From the NCBI GenBank assembly GCA_964016885.1, contig OZ024743.1, positions 682,001-746,000 on the forward strand: a stretch of 64,000 nucleotides of DNA, in the 5' to 3' direction. Below the pieces are notes generated by a model. The model searched no databases. It saw only the letters and a list, made by a program, of their open reading frames with translations, and had not been told where the DNA came from. Below are positions 27,780 through 43,245 of the stretch, piece by piece. Source of the stretch: Eledone cirrhosa. Lineage: Eukaryota. Each line of letters starts with the position of its first letter. The stretch's first letter is position 1. The position numbers were made by a program, and so were the translations under genes.

Positions 27780-28614
<835 letters not shown>

Positions 28615-28616
<2 letters not shown>

Positions 28617-28791
28617 CCAAGGAATTGTGGTAAGGAACCAGATGGACGATAACGCACCAGAGTACTCAATACTTAGGGTAGTAGGGTGGGAAATAGGAAA
28701 AAGTATGACGGCTATTTCTGGGTCCAGATATAGCGTCGAAATACCCGTCGAAACGGCTTGAGCTGTGCCGTCGGGGTCATACTTTTTCCTA
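28615..28791. mobile_element. Short PLE-like end (family of 6424-6617) with inversion
   Basis: accagagtactcaatacttagggtagtag tail, plus GACGGCTATTTC..GAAATACCCGTC-GAAA-CGGC..GCCG-TC-GGGGTC. Confidence 0.72.
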
Positions 28792-28835
28792 TATATATAT
28801 ATGTATGTATATATATATGTATGTATGTATGTATG

Positions 28836-29381
28836 TCACTCTTGAGTGCTACTGGTAACATGTAACCCAGTACAACCTGTCGCATGATCGGGTCGGCGGC
28901 AACTAAACCGGCAACCCCACCAATTTACTTGTTGAGGAAGGTGATTTTGGACACCCTGTAGGACAAAAACAAAACCTGACAAATGGCGGAAGAAGTCATA
29001 AGAGTGAACGGCCATCCGAAAGTGTGTAAATATGTATATATACACATGTACATATGTATGCATATGGGCAGGGACATAGAAAAAGTCGGGCTGGACACCC
29101 GATCGCGCGGTTAAACCAATGGGAGTGAAGGACTCCTAGCCTTTGTCAGCGCATTCTTCTAGGAGAAGGCAACTCAGGAAAGTGGAATAACTCCGATATA
29201 AAAGTTGCGGCTCAGTTATAGCTACTGTCGCTGAGAGAGTGGGATTAGCTCCGTGCACAGTTTTTCTTCACTTTAAAAAATATCTTCAGGCACAGGCATT
29301 GCAGGATAGAATTAATTAATAATTATTAATAATGGTATAAGGTGCAATGGCCATACTCGATAACGAGGGGGCAGCCATCGT
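28836..29381 (+). mobile_element. Non-autonomous RTE-UTR-like element, second subfamily
   Basis: Shares 5' gtgctactggtaacatgta.cccagtac, the ctaggagaagg.aactc motif and the 3' hairpin tggccatactcga.aacgag..ggcagcca with 61543-62129. Confidence 0.65.
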
Positions 29382-29840
29382 GTATGTATGTATGTATATG
29401 TGTGTGTGTTTTAGGTTAGAATTGAAAGCGAAAGAGAATGCTCAATAGATATTGTGCAGCATATTGCCTATTCTACCTATGTTATTTTCCTGGCATCTTG
29501 CGCATCACTACGGATATTAATACGAGTCAATGCCCGTAGTGCCATGAAACTGGAGCGGCAAAAAAAAAAGAAATTCCAAATAAAATGTATATATATTCAT
29601 AAAATACATGCACGCACGCTCGTACGCACACACTCACATAAACGCACATGTACGGATATAAACACACATATATATATCCACTTTCTCATATATATATATA
29701 TATTCATACACACACACCAATATATTAATAGATTGCATGTATATGCAAGGTTTCAAATTGATTTTAGTGCACTAGAATTACACACACACAAACAGCCACA
29801 CTTATACACATACTCACACAGAGACACACATACTCATACA

Positions 29841-29907
<67 letters not shown>

Positions 29908-29934
29908 ATATAAATATACATACATAAAAATATA

Positions 29935-30161
<227 letters not shown>

Positions 30162-30203
30162 GTATAAATAATATACATATAAATAAATATGCATATATAT
30201 ATA

Positions 30204-30274
<71 letters not shown>

Positions 30275-30283
30275 GTATATATG

Positions 30284-30321
<38 letters not shown>

Positions 30322-30333
<12 letters not shown>

Positions 30334-30729
30334 TAAACGGAATAGAAAATGCTGACAAATTGTTCACAGTTGAAAAATGGTTTAATTAGGAATAAAAGAG
30401 TATTAGTGATTGTATGGGTTAGTATTCAGTTGTGGTTTTAAGTTTTTAAGTTTTTACCGGTTGCGCATTTCTAAATGCTTTTCAAAAATAATTTTGAGAT
30501 AGAGTGTCCGTGCTGTTTGCTCTGATCAGAGCAAACAGCACGGACACTCTATCTCAAAATTATTTTTGAAAAGCATTTAGAAATGCGCAACCGGTAAAAA
30601 CTTAAAAACTTAAAACCACAACTGAATACTAACCCATACAATCACTAATACTCTTTTATTCCTAATTAAACCATTTTTCAACTGTGAACAATTTGTCAGC
30701 ATTTTCTATTCCGTTTACCAATATATAAT
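30322..30729. repeat. Perfect spacer-less palindrome (centre 30525/30526) containing a decayed HHR motif in each arm
   Basis: The arms read as exact reverse complements. The right arm has TTGAAAA-GCATT taga AATGC-GCAA-CCGG-TA. Confidence 0.93.
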
Positions 30730-30756
30730 AACTTGTGTGTTACACCTCTATTCTTT

Positions 30757-30795
<39 letters not shown>

Positions 30796-30918
30796 CCACA
30801 TTGGCATACGGTTGGATAATACATGTGTCCCTATATGCATTTTGCATGTAGGAAAACATACTTTATTATTATTAATCTAACTGCTGCTATTTCTAGTGAC
30901 AGCACATTGACCTTTCCG

Positions 30919-30998
30919 CCTCTGACGAAAGTCTTCTTCTCAAAGATTTCCGCATGGATTATCCATCTATTTTGAGACTTGAAACCGCGCGTTAAGGG
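30919..30998 (+). ncRNA. Type I HHR, stem III partly mutated
   Basis: CCT-CTGACGA-AAGTCT..AGACTT-GAAA-CCGCGCGT-TA-AGG. Confidence 0.6.
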
Positions 30999-31390
30999 TA
31001 ATTATAGCAGGTACAGTAAACCTTTTAAAATTTATTTTAAAACTTTTTCTTATTTGCTTAACCTTGATTATATATCTTCTGGCTCGTTAATTTGTTAGAA
31101 CCACATTGGCATACGGTTGGATAATACATGTGTCCCTATATGCATTTTGCATGTAGGAAAGCATAATTTATTATTATTAATCTCCCCTGGCCGAGATAAC
31201 AATTTGGTCGTTTTAACTGCTGCTATTTCTAGTGGCAGTACATTGACCTTTCCGCACCTGCCTTCTATCTTTACACACGGCACTAGACAAGATTGTTTCT
31301 TCCTCATACACTCTCATCCGGGAACAGTTCTGTATGGCGCCAGTTCGTGATTTGAACTCGGGAATTTTATATTCTCCGAGTGAGAAGAAG

Positions 31391-31471
31391 CCTCTGACGA
31401 AAGTCTTCTTCTCAATGAATTTCCCGCATGGATTATCCATTTATTTTGAGACTTGAAACCGCGTGGTAAGG
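31391..31471 (+). ncRNA. Type I HHR with enlarged stem II loop
   Basis: CCT-CTGACGA-AAGTCT-(42 nt)-AGACTT-GAAA-CC gcgt GG-TA-AGG, with a GUA cleavage triplet. Confidence 0.75.
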
Positions 31472-31540
31472 GTAAATATAGTAGGTACAGTGAACTTTTT
31501 CAAATTTATTTTATAACTTTTTCTTATTTGCTAAACCTTG

Positions 31541-31599
<59 letters not shown>

Positions 31600-31686
31600 C
31601 TTTAATTTCTTTAGTCAAAATACGGCGATAGCTTACATTTATAATAATTTCAAACTCGCTCGATGTTTCGAAAATATTTTTACTTG

Positions 31687-31738
<52 letters not shown>

Positions 31739-32179
31739 GTATATATATATTTTTGTATGTATGTATACATAATCTTTTTTTCAAATTTCTCACCAATACA
31801 GAGCAGGTTTCCAGCCAAGAAGCAATTCTCCTTCATTGGAATGTAGCAAAGAACAACTAGGTAGTTATATATACATGTAGCTGAACATATGTGCATATTT
31901 GTTTGTATGTGTGTGTCTGCTTAGTTAACTTTCAGCTGAAATCTGTATCCATGCCCCACAAACACACACACATCCAGACTTGCATACCCATATATCATTA
32001 CATTATCATACATACGCATACCTCTAGGTACATACCTCAGAGGGTATGTACCTAAACCTTAGACATACACACTAAATGTCATTCTAAGCAGGTATACAAC
32101 AATTAGCCATAAATTAATGGCATGATTAAGCATAGCAACATTTCATATGATATTCACACACATCCACTTATATATATAT

Positions 32180-32350
<171 letters not shown>

Positions 32351-32426
32351 TTGGCAAACGTCAATCAACTTCTACTAAATGGCATAGTTATGCATCGCAA
32401 AATTTTGAATGCATGTAAATAAATAA

Positions 32427-32498
<72 letters not shown>

Positions 32499-32554
32499 GC
32501 TTAAACATTAATCTTTATTAATAATAAATATTTACTCTACGGGTTATATACATA

Positions 32555-33570
32555 CTAGCCGAATTACCCGCGCCTTGCTGGGTAATTCCTTTTGTAAGAT
32601 AATGATGATTGTTTTTAAATCAGTGATACAATTTATGGAGAAAAACTCTGCATTTTAATATTACTCAATGTAAAATGTAATGCTTGAAAAATTGGAAAAT
32701 ATTATTTTTTGTAATATAACAAATCAAAATTACATTATTAAATCTTATTCTTATTTTGTTTCTTGTAAATTATTTTTTTCAAAATATCAATTCAAAACTT
32801 GTTCATTTCATTTTTGTGTAAAGCATTATTATTGTGTAAAACATTATTAATTAGAAATTCGAAGTTTAATTATTTATTTTTAACATAATAAATACATGAA
32901 AATACATTTCATACTTTGACCTAATGAAGAACTTCAGGGTAAACAACATTTCTTGTCTTTCTTTATTTGGCTCAAAAGTAGGGATTTTTTGAAGTTCCAG
33001 TCCTTGAAACAGCCACATAAAACATGCCATGACTGAAACATGGGTTTGTCAGATCTATATCAATAGTTTTGAAAGTTTGACATTGACTCTTATTGATGCT
33101 CATGGCAAAGCATGGGAACTGCAGCCTCTTAAATGTAAAAGAGTATCATTTGGTATAAGTGGAATCCTCGGAATGAAAAGAGCTTGATCTTTGTAAGCCC
33201 CGAATATAATGGTTGCTTCAATCAAGCTCTCATGCAATCTTGTTGCAACACATCTTGTTCCATTATTGGTCAAAATTTTCAATATAGGGGGTTTAACCCC
33301 CATTAGTGTGTCTTAATATTACTGCTGAAAGTTTGTGAATAGGCATCATATCTCGTCATTAACCTATGGTTTAAATTTCATATAAATCGGAGGGAAAACA
33401 TTTTCAGTGAGGGTTTGTGCGCCCGGGGAACCCTTTGATTAAAATGAAATATACTTATATAGTTTCAGAATATATAAGGTTATGGGGGTCTATCTCCAAA
33501 ACCATAGGAGGAGTTCGTGAACAAATAAAAACACACAAAACAGACAGGAAGTACAACATTTTATATATAT
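32555..33570 (-). mobile_element. Non-autonomous Helitron retaining a PIF1-helicase C-terminal fragment
   Basis: NGTRCVATRL..LIEATI..FIPRIPLIP, AMSINKSQCQTF, CFSHGMFYVAVSR and TRNVVYPEVL. The 3' end is a hairpin AATTACCC..GGGTAATT followed by CTAG (32555-32558). Confidence 0.88.
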
Positions 33571-34329
33571 ATATATATATATATTTATGCATACATATTT
33601 ATATATAATCATTATCAAGAACTCTTCGGATTTTGGTTTTCAGAATTATTATTACTATATATATATATGTACTATACATAGAGCACTCTTCTTTCCTTTG
33701 CGTTTTCTACAGAAATACTTAACACATACACCCACACACACACACATATATATATATATATACATAACACGGCAAACAACACTCGCCTTTTCAACTTCCC
33801 ATTATAGGTTTCGTAACGACCCTGTTTCTGTGTATAAGGCAGTAGCAGGCCTATAACTACGTCAGTAGTTCTCAAAGCTCTAGCTATTAGCGAATAGACA
33901 ACACAAGAAAGGAATATGTACAAAGCAATTGACTTTTGGAAAAATACAGTAACCAGAAATACAGGATATATATCGAAATTATCAATAGCATACGGATCGG
34001 TTAATGGATAGTAAAGAAAACCTGATAAAAAGACAAAAGAACATGTAAATACGAACAAAATATATTCCTCCCAAATATATGTAGTAAGAAATAACGTAAA
34101 AAGCATACAAATAACAACAACAAATAAACAGAAAGGTAGCTTGAGGATAGAAATATCGACGATTCGAACACGTGGGCAGTAACTTCTCATTGTGTGTTTA
34201 TACATTTGTAAATTATTTTATGTTCAATAAAAACTTTCAACTCCCTTTGTGTACAGCTTAAAGAAATCCTGCAGTCACTATTGGATAATAAATTTCTTAT
34301 GCATATACCTGGCTATGAATGGTGTTGTC

Positions 34330-34700
34330 GCCGTATGATTTTACTTTAGCTTCTTTCGGATTATATATGTTGTTTAGACACTTTTGCCGATTTTACATGA
34401 TCATGGAGACCTATGAGCAAAGCCGTTTCAATCGTGACCATCACACCATACAGACCTGTCGACTCTCCCTATTCGACGAGGAGATCTCTCCTACCCACTT
34501 TGGAGTGGGTGAGAGATGTCTTCTCTTGCGAAAATGGGTATAACTTTCATTATGTAAAATCTCCTCATTTTGGGGCGCTTTATTTTCAATGTACTCCACG
34601 TTTTGAATTTTTAGAAGTTGGCAGGTCTGCATGATATTTATTTGTCTTGGACTACATTATACAATGTGACTCTTCCTTTTTTAGGATGGTATGCTATAAT
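34330..34700 (-). pseudogene. Possible heavily decayed R4-like LINE fragment
   Basis: Weak similarity to the HPxSxxERLY..GxGL motif across frameshifts. Confidence 0.3.
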
Positions 34701-37700
34701 TTGAGGTGGATTCAGTTTCCAAGAAGGATGAACAATTATAGCTGTCGTTAGTATTGCTGTTGTTTCGAAATTAGATTACAAGTACTATCATCTTGTTTAG
34801 GTTCACTATCATTTAACAGTATTAACATGATTGTATAATGGTATCAATGGATTACAGATTCCTACTTTATTACATTGTATATTATCTTTTGTCATTTCCC
34901 GTTTTGTGAAGTAGCACAAAGCACAAAACAATACCTACAATGACAATAACAACAACAATATAAAAAAACAAAAATGGCTAAAAGACAAGTACAATATTCT
35001 CCAATCGGTTAAATATTACATGTTTTAATATGTTTAGTTATATTATTTTGTCCGTTGTTCAGTGTTGCATGAAATGATTTATCGATGGGGAATAATTATA
35101 ACAGCGAGTAATACTAATCTATACTAACATGATATAGATTATACTGTTTGACTGTGATAAAATCGAAACCTAAATGGAATATAATTTATTATTTATCTAT
35201 ATGTATATATTCTTTTTTTAAATATCTGATTTTGTGAACATGTTTTCAAAAGGTCAGTTTCTGCTTCATTCATTTAGCTTGGAGAAGGTGACAGCATAAT
35301 GTTAGTGCAAACTGGGCAGAACTAATACCACATATTGTTTGTATTCGAAAGCATGGGTTTAGCACAAAAAATACACACAGACTTTCCCTATTTTTCTCTT
35401 CGTTCCTCCCATATATATATATATATATATAAATATTTATATATATATATATATATAAATATATATATATAGAGAGAGAGAGAGAAAGAGAGAGAAGGGG
35501 AGAGAGTCTGTGGCGTGAGTGCTCAATGAATGGTCAGTTTCAGAATGGGTATAGAGGAAGGTAAAACACCGACCGCGGCGCCAACTGGTTACGGCATGTG
35601 TCACAAGTCGAAACCTTATGTTATCGACCACCAGAAGGAAGTATAGCAAATCAAAACTCTGAGCGATTAAAACGAAGTACGAATGAGTTTCATTAATTTA
35701 TCATATTTATAATTATTTTACATGAGACGTCACTTCGTAGAATATTTAGAGCATGCAATAAACTGTCTCGTGATACTTAATTACGTTGTCTTACGATCTG
35801 CGGAAATATACAGCCAAGCATCGTCCTGGAGTCTATAAAATAAAGTACTAACAAAGTTATAAGGTCGATATAATCGTCTATACACCACTCCCCACATTTC
35901 TGGCATCGTTACATTTATTAATGTTAAAATCATTGATGTTTTGCCATTTTGGACATTTGGAATCGTTAGAAAAACCCGAGAAAATCCTTTACGTTTTAAA
36001 TTCGAATTCCACCGGCGTTGATATCTTTGATCAATAATAATGAAAATTGAATAAGGATCAGTTATGTATGTATAGTCATATAGGAGCCGGAGTAACACTC
36101 GGCGTGTCTTGGAGAAATTAGACCTAATCGAAACCTAATCGAAACCTAATCACACTAGGTTTGAACTTAACCGACTTCTTCCAGAGAAGGAGATACACCG
36201 ATAGAGAGGAAGAGATATAGGGGAAGAATCAATCCCAGTACCGGAGTTACAATTTATTTATCGACCGCGAAAGGATGAAAGGTGGGAATTTATGCAAAAC
36301 CATCAATGTTGCAAAACCTTCTATCTGACGTTCTAATGACACTGGAGATTCGCTGCTGCCTTAAGTATCACTTAAATTGCTGTATTCTAAATAGATAGTT
36401 ATCGTATCACCCAACAGAAATGTAAGCTCAGCCAAAACAATGTTAGAAAAGTTATTTGATTATATAAGAGCTTTAGTTGAATAGAAAATTGGTTACCATT
36501 GGTATTTAGGTTTGTAAAATAACAATGAGGCTGGCGTGTCTTTTAATTCCTCCGTAATCGATAAGGTAAGTATTAGTTGTTGAGTAGTCATACATTATCT
36601 TTGGTGGCAAGGTTCTATGGCACACATGTAATCGGTAAAACCCTTAGGTATCACACAGATGTATTGTTTCCATTATAAATATGGTGGAATTAATAAAATA
36701 GTTAATGGTATTCCGCACATCGCCCTACGCATTTTAGTATTATCCTAATGTTAGGTATTGTTAATTATTTGATATTTGATTACAACTTCTGCACACAGAC
36801 TTGTTTACTGGAAGTTAAATATTTATATATAAAATCTTATTATGAAATTAGCTTATGTTTGTGTATATATATATGTATATATTACATTTAAAAAATATTT
36901 ATAGTTGCAACAGTGATAGTGCTGAACATGGAGGTGATGGTGTTGCATGTGTGACGAATTTTGAGATCTTAATCTTCCCCAAGCCAGGCAAACATACTAG
37001 ATGAAGAAAGTAGATAACTTGGTAGTTATGTTTTAGTAAATAGATATAGGTAGATAGGTATATGCAGATGCCAGTCTTCGTAGCATATTAAGAAATAAAT
37101 CTCACTGCAGGTTACTATAACCGACGCGATTATATAGCATGTTTTATATGTTCACATATTTTATAGCTTGTTTATTGCAGGTTGTGTCTTATTTTAAACA
37201 CATTAATCCAGCGCAGCAACAAACACCAAGATCTGTTGGAAGATATTCTACTGCTTAACTGGATTCAGTTATGAGATATTGGCCAAGCAGATGCATCAAC
37301 TTCAGTCAGATATTTTAGTTAATTATATCGACACCAACTACCTCATATGTCTATCGAGCTCAACAAAAGAAAGTCAAAGTTCACCTAAGCACAAATAAAA
37401 GAACCTAAATGTTTAGGAATATTTTGATTAACTGATTTAAAACTAATTATTCAACCTCCATCCAAATGTATATAACTTATATATTTATGTAGATATCAAT
37501 ATTGTTTTCGTTTTGATTTTGTCTATTTTCGTTCAAGTAGAAGGGAATTTATAAGGTCGACATTTACTATTTTCACTATAATCTAAATTACTGAATCAAT
37601 AAGCAGATTTTCAAATAACTCTAAATTCACTAAGGAATTCTATTAATTGTGAAAAATACCCGATTTTGCCAGTATATTTACCAAAGAAGGGCTCACTCTT

Positions 37701-37990
37701 TCATTTTTTAAAAATTTATTTGAAATTCGGGGTCGCTCTTCTTGTCTCTGACAAGAATTATCCCTAATATTATTGGTTTTCCTTTCGTTGGTGCATGCGG
37801 GTATATTTGTACAGATGAAATAGCTTCGTTAGAAAGTTTGGCGACATCTACACCACTGGGCGGTTCCAGGATGAGTTCGTCCACACGGTACCTTTAAAAT
37901 GTTGTTCCTATCTTATCCTGAGGTCAACGAATGCATTGTGGATGAAATTTGGTATACGAAATCGGTACACGGAATCTCCTTTATTATATA

Positions 37991-38038
<48 letters not shown>

Positions 38039-39139
38039 ATTGTATGTAGATCAAAATTGTAGCTGTCATATAGCAGGTAATATTTGAGTTGTTTGTGGCA
38101 ATCACAAAGTACTATATGTATAAAATGTATACAGGTGTCACGAACAATAATACAGTGTGTGATTTTTCGTTATGGTTGCATATTTATGGGCAGTTCGGCG
38201 TTGCATTGTCTTCATATGATGAAATAAATATGTGGGAGACAATAATGCGCCATTATGGTCGTCTTTCTACAACTGAAACCAGAAAAACGACAAAAGAATG
38301 TTTTAAAATGTTAATTCATTCACATTTTTATTCTAGGCGAAACCTTTTCTTATTTATTTTTTTGCTATTATAGAAGACATGGGAAAATAACGAATGAAGA
38401 CATTTGCATAAAAATAAAATAATTAAGTCGTCGTTAGCATCCTTAATGCTGTGAGCTAAGTAATTCTAATGGATTCAAATTACATTCGCAGTTACGAAAA
38501 TAATAATTAGCACAACGATTCATTTTAGTATAGAAAAGAAAGAAGAAATGTTAGATAATGACGAAATCTACAATATATATATATATATATATATATATTG
38601 GAGGTGGACATGCAAGGAGCTATGAATCTGAACTTTGGCAAATGCAGTGCCATCTCTGAACAAGTTTCGCTCATAAATAAGCCTTCTAACTGAAGCATAT
38701 CAACATTCTATTTCTAATTAATTGTATTTAGTTCAAATTCCAATGGAAGTCGGCTCTCACTGCTTTTGTTGATTTGAGTTAATTATTATGCCAATTAATT
38801 TGTTCCGCCCCATTAAGGGCATCGTTTTAATTAATAGGAATTTCTTGGTTTATCACATTAAGAACATTAGCATTGACATAATTACTGAAATAATCTATCT
38901 TTAGAGTACATTTGATCTTGTTGGCGTCTTCTATCATCTCCAATTATGCAGAGTTCGCTTTGTAGTACCTAAATAGTTTACAATATAGTAACTTTTTTCT
39001 CTTTCAGTGTTACTCAGCATGTGTTTGTGTGTGTGTGTGTTTGTGTGTTCGCGCGCGTGCGTGTGAGCGTGTGTGTGTGTGTACGTGTGTGTGTGCGTCT
39101 GTGTGTGTTTGTGTGTATGTGTGTGTGTGTGTGACAGCT

Positions 39140-39365
39140 CACACCTATGCAGATTTAGCTGGCCTCCTCCAAGGTATATCTCGTTGGAGGTGTATTGTCT
39201 AATGATAGGGACCCCAGTCCCTATCATCTCATTTCTACAGCTGAGTAAACTGGAGCAACGTGAAATAAAGTGTCTTGCTCAAGGAAACAACACATCATCC
39301 GGTCCGAGAATTGAACTCACAACCTTTCGATTGCAAGCCCAATGCTCTAACTCCTAAGCCAGTGG
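39140..39365 (-). mobile_element. tRNA-derived SINE, second family
   Basis: ggcttaggagttagagc..gagttcaattc (A and B boxes) followed by tccttgagcaagacactttatttcacgttgctccag. Confidence 0.75.
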
Positions 39366-40701
39366 CTTAGGGTGCATGTTTGCATGCATGAATATGCGTA
39401 TAGAAGCATGGTTAGGAAGTTTTTTTCGACATCATAAATCCAATTTTTTCAGCAACCTGCTTAGAATTTTAGACAAGTTCTCATAACTGTCAGTTCTTTT
39501 TCAGTCTCAGACACTTTTAGGATGTAACAAGTGCAGGTAAAAGTTTACATTGCTGAAAAGGATTTGATAAAAGCGAATACATGTCTGGAGTTTCTATTGT
39601 ACATACCAAAAACCTACCTGACTCTCCACTTGATGCCACTATTCAAAAATGTTATTAATTTCCATTAATTCAAGTTTCTGAATTATATCCCCTATATTTT
39701 TTCACCAGTATTAATCATTGCGCTCTTGGCTTTGAGTCCCCCTCTAATCGGAATTTTAATCAATTAACATATTTCAACTCACCATATTAAATTTGTCAGC
39801 TACCACTTAATTGTTATTATTTTTTGTATTAATGAGTCCTTTCTACGAGTCATTCCTTCTATTATAGCTTCGGGTCAAAATATACCCTTTCGAGAGAAAC
39901 TTACGAGACGGACAATGTGCAGAAGACTGTCAGATATAAATTTTGCAATCATTTAGTCTGGAAAGAGAGCAGTGCCCATTAAACCTTTTGAGGGATTTTC
40001 TCCGGTTTGAAGATGACTGTGTTAAACTGGGTGATCACTTGATTTTACTACTTAAGTAGGAAAAGATGGGATTTGAACGCAGAACGCAAAGTGTCTATGC
40101 TTTAATAAATTCACAAATCCATCGGCATAGTCATATACGTTATTCATCGACCTCAGAACAATGAAAAGGAAAGTTTACATCGGCTACATGTGTACTCAAA
40201 ACATAGAGTCAGAATAAATACCGCTCAAACGCATCTGCTTGCTAGCCGACTGTCTTTGTAATTCGAAAGACCAATCTTATAAAACAGTGCGTCACTTTGA
40301 GTCTCCTAGATTACGTTATGGGCACACATCTGTCTATATTTAGTCATTTGTCTAATAAATAGAGACGCAGGCAGTCACCCGGCATGGAAATAGTCATTGT
40401 CGAAATCTATTTACCCTGTTAGATATAATATATACTTATATTCACATGTACATAAATATATAAATATAATTGGATATTTACGGATTTGTGTGACATTGCG
40501 TAAGCGTTGGTGTGTGGTTGCTTTTGTGTACATGTTGGTGTGTGGTTGCTTTTGTGTACATGTTGGTGTGAGTGAAAGTATATAATATGCACATACCCAC
40601 ATAATTAAAAACGAAACATAATATTCAGGAAGGTTAATATAGTCTGGGATAAAAGAGCCTATAGAGATATCAGGTATTTAAAGGCTATTTAAGAAGCAGG
40701 G

Positions 40702-40781
<80 letters not shown>

Positions 40782-41544
40782 ATTTAACTGTCCTGTTAGC
40801 AAAACTGTATTTTATGGGTCTGGCTAGTTCAAATGCCACGTGTGCTAATGTATGTCTAGGTTTTATCAGAAAATTGTGCGACAGCATGTTTTTTTTCTGT
40901 CTCTTTAAATCACACATATCTTTATAGCATGTCTAAACCAACATATATTCACTATTCTGATTGTTCTATTTTTATTTATGCATTTATATTTTTATCTTCA
41001 TTGTTACATTCCTCTTCAACATTTCCAATGTAGCTTCCCACTTATCAATCAAGGTTTAGCCTCGCCACCACCGAATAGCTGGTCAATAGTAGAAGATAAT
41101 ACAGGGTTTCAGTTTTATGCCTCATTTTAACATAGGAATTGTTTATTCTTACATACGCGCACGTGCGCGCGCGTGTATGTGTGTGTGTGTGCCCGTGTGC
41201 AAGTGTGAGTGTGTGTGCGTGTTATTGAGTGTATATGTATCTAATAAGTATACGGTCAAGTCCGGAAATGAAGTATTATATTTAAACAAGAATGTTACCC
41301 GTCATTTAACAGGTAAATTTTGGAAGTATTTACTACGGTGGGTAACATTAGATAAATAAATACAAATGTTTATATGTACTAATAAAAATACATAACTAAA
41401 TCCCCTAACTGTGTAACAGTATAAATATAAGATAAATACAAGTATTTATGTATACAGTACAGTGTAAACCGATACTTCCTGGTTAATAATAAACTCGTTG
41501 ACTATATAAACGTATCAAATATACATACATGGAAATATTATGTA

Positions 41545-42097
41545 TTCTGACAAGGCCAACAATTTTAGAGGAGAAGAAAGTCGAATAAATCGTCCCGAGT
41601 GCATTACTGGTACTTTATTTTATCGACCCCATAAGGATGAAAGGCGAAGTTAACCTCGGCGGGATTTGGACTCAGAACGTAAAGGGCCGTAATACATGAA
41701 AAAAATAATTGTTTCTACTTTTGGCACAAGGCCAGCAATTACCCAGTGCATTACTGGTACTTTATTTTATCGACCCCGTAGGGTGAACGGCGAAGTTAAC
41801 CTCGGCGAGATTTGAACTCAGAATGGCAAGGGCCGTAACTCTATGCGTCAAAGCATGGCATCCGACCTCTACCAATACTGCCAAAATGGTTTCTTATATA
41901 GGCACAAGGCGAGCAATTTTGGGGGGATGGGAATGTTGATTAAATCGAGCCAGTGCGTGACTGGTACTTTATTTTATCGACCCCATAAGGATGAAAGGCA
42001 AATTTAACCGCGGCGGAATTTGAACTAAGATCATAAAGTGCCGTAATTCTATGCTGCAAAGCATGCCGTCCGACATTCTACCGATACTGCCAATCCA
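41545..42097 (-). mobile_element. Three head-to-tail main-family SINEs
   Basis: Copies at about 41545-41695, 41706-41885 and 41895-42097. Confidence 0.85.
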
Positions 42098-42639
42098 GAA
42101 ATCAATATAAAATAAACGTAAAATATTAAAAGAAAGATGTGATTTGATAAAAAGAAAAGAAATGAAATTACGTAAAAGGAATACATATTTCCATATATTA
42201 GTTGATTCCATTAGTTATTCATATTATATTATATATTCAGTGACGATATCAAATTATACCTATACAATAAAAAAGAAACAGTCATATTTTGAATGTTAGA
42301 ATTTACGAGGTACATGTTTTCTTCAGCAGATGATAATTAACTCTTTCTCTCTCTCTCTCTCTCTTTCAATATTTCTCCTACCCAATCTGTGTGTGTGTAA
42401 ATATGTGTGTATGGACATATGTAGCATTCATGCGAAACTCTCTTTCTCCCCCTCTTTCTCTCTCTCATGATTTACCTGCCACTTCATTCAATATGTATAC
42501 TCATCCTTGAACCCACTTGTTAATTATTTTTGTATCTCTCTTTTATTCTCTTTCTCACTCTCCCCCATCTATCTATACGATGTAAAGAGTGGCATATTAC
42601 ACCACACCTATCAAGACAGCAAACAACCAGCCAGTCAAC

Positions 42640-43245
42640 TCATTAAGTATTATACATTAGAGGTGGATCTGCAGATCTGTTCTGCTAGAGAACGGGTCGC
42701 AGATGTTGGTGGATATGGCTAGGAGATATGGTGCTTAATTGTGATATAAGCAGGCTCTTGCTGGACGAATATGCAGTCCCGGACCAACAGCGGTAAATTA
42801 CTCGGGGAGATGTAGCAATGGATGACACTGTTATCTCACAAGAAAACGCTCACAGTCCAGTGACGAGGCAAGTAAAAGCTATTTTTAAAGAAACCTATTC
42901 TTCGCGAGTCAGAGAAAAATACCAGATTGGTGACTAGCGTGAAATGAGACCACTGAAACACTGCAATATGTTACGGAAAACTGGTTCGAATGTCTCTGGA
43001 AAGAATCGCTTGACAGATTTTACAGTCAAAAACCAACCTACAGAGGCACCCAGTGGGAAACCCAAAGCAAGATAGGTAACACTGTGAATTCGAGTTGTCT
43101 CGCTTGGGGATCCAGCCGGATCAATTGTAGAAGGTAGATTCTAATATGACCTGCTGAAAGGCGTATTCGAGGACTCTACCTCCAGGACCCTCCTAGAATG
43201 TGGGCGAGGAAGAAGAAAAAGAAGAAGAAGAAGAAGAAGAAGTAG
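42640..43245 (+). pseudogene. Decayed RTE 3' end with (GAA)n tail
   Basis: YGKLVRMSLERIA*QILQSK and LGIQPDQL..RTLPPGPS resemble RTE C-termini. Confidence 0.6.

Larger units (their letters stand above)
30792..31548 (+). mobile_element. Tandem pLTR/retrozyme-like repeat: internally deleted unit (30792-31095) plus longer unit (31096-31548), each with an HHR
   Basis: tagaaccacattggcatacggttggataatac starts both units; flanked by (TA)n. Confidence 0.8.
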
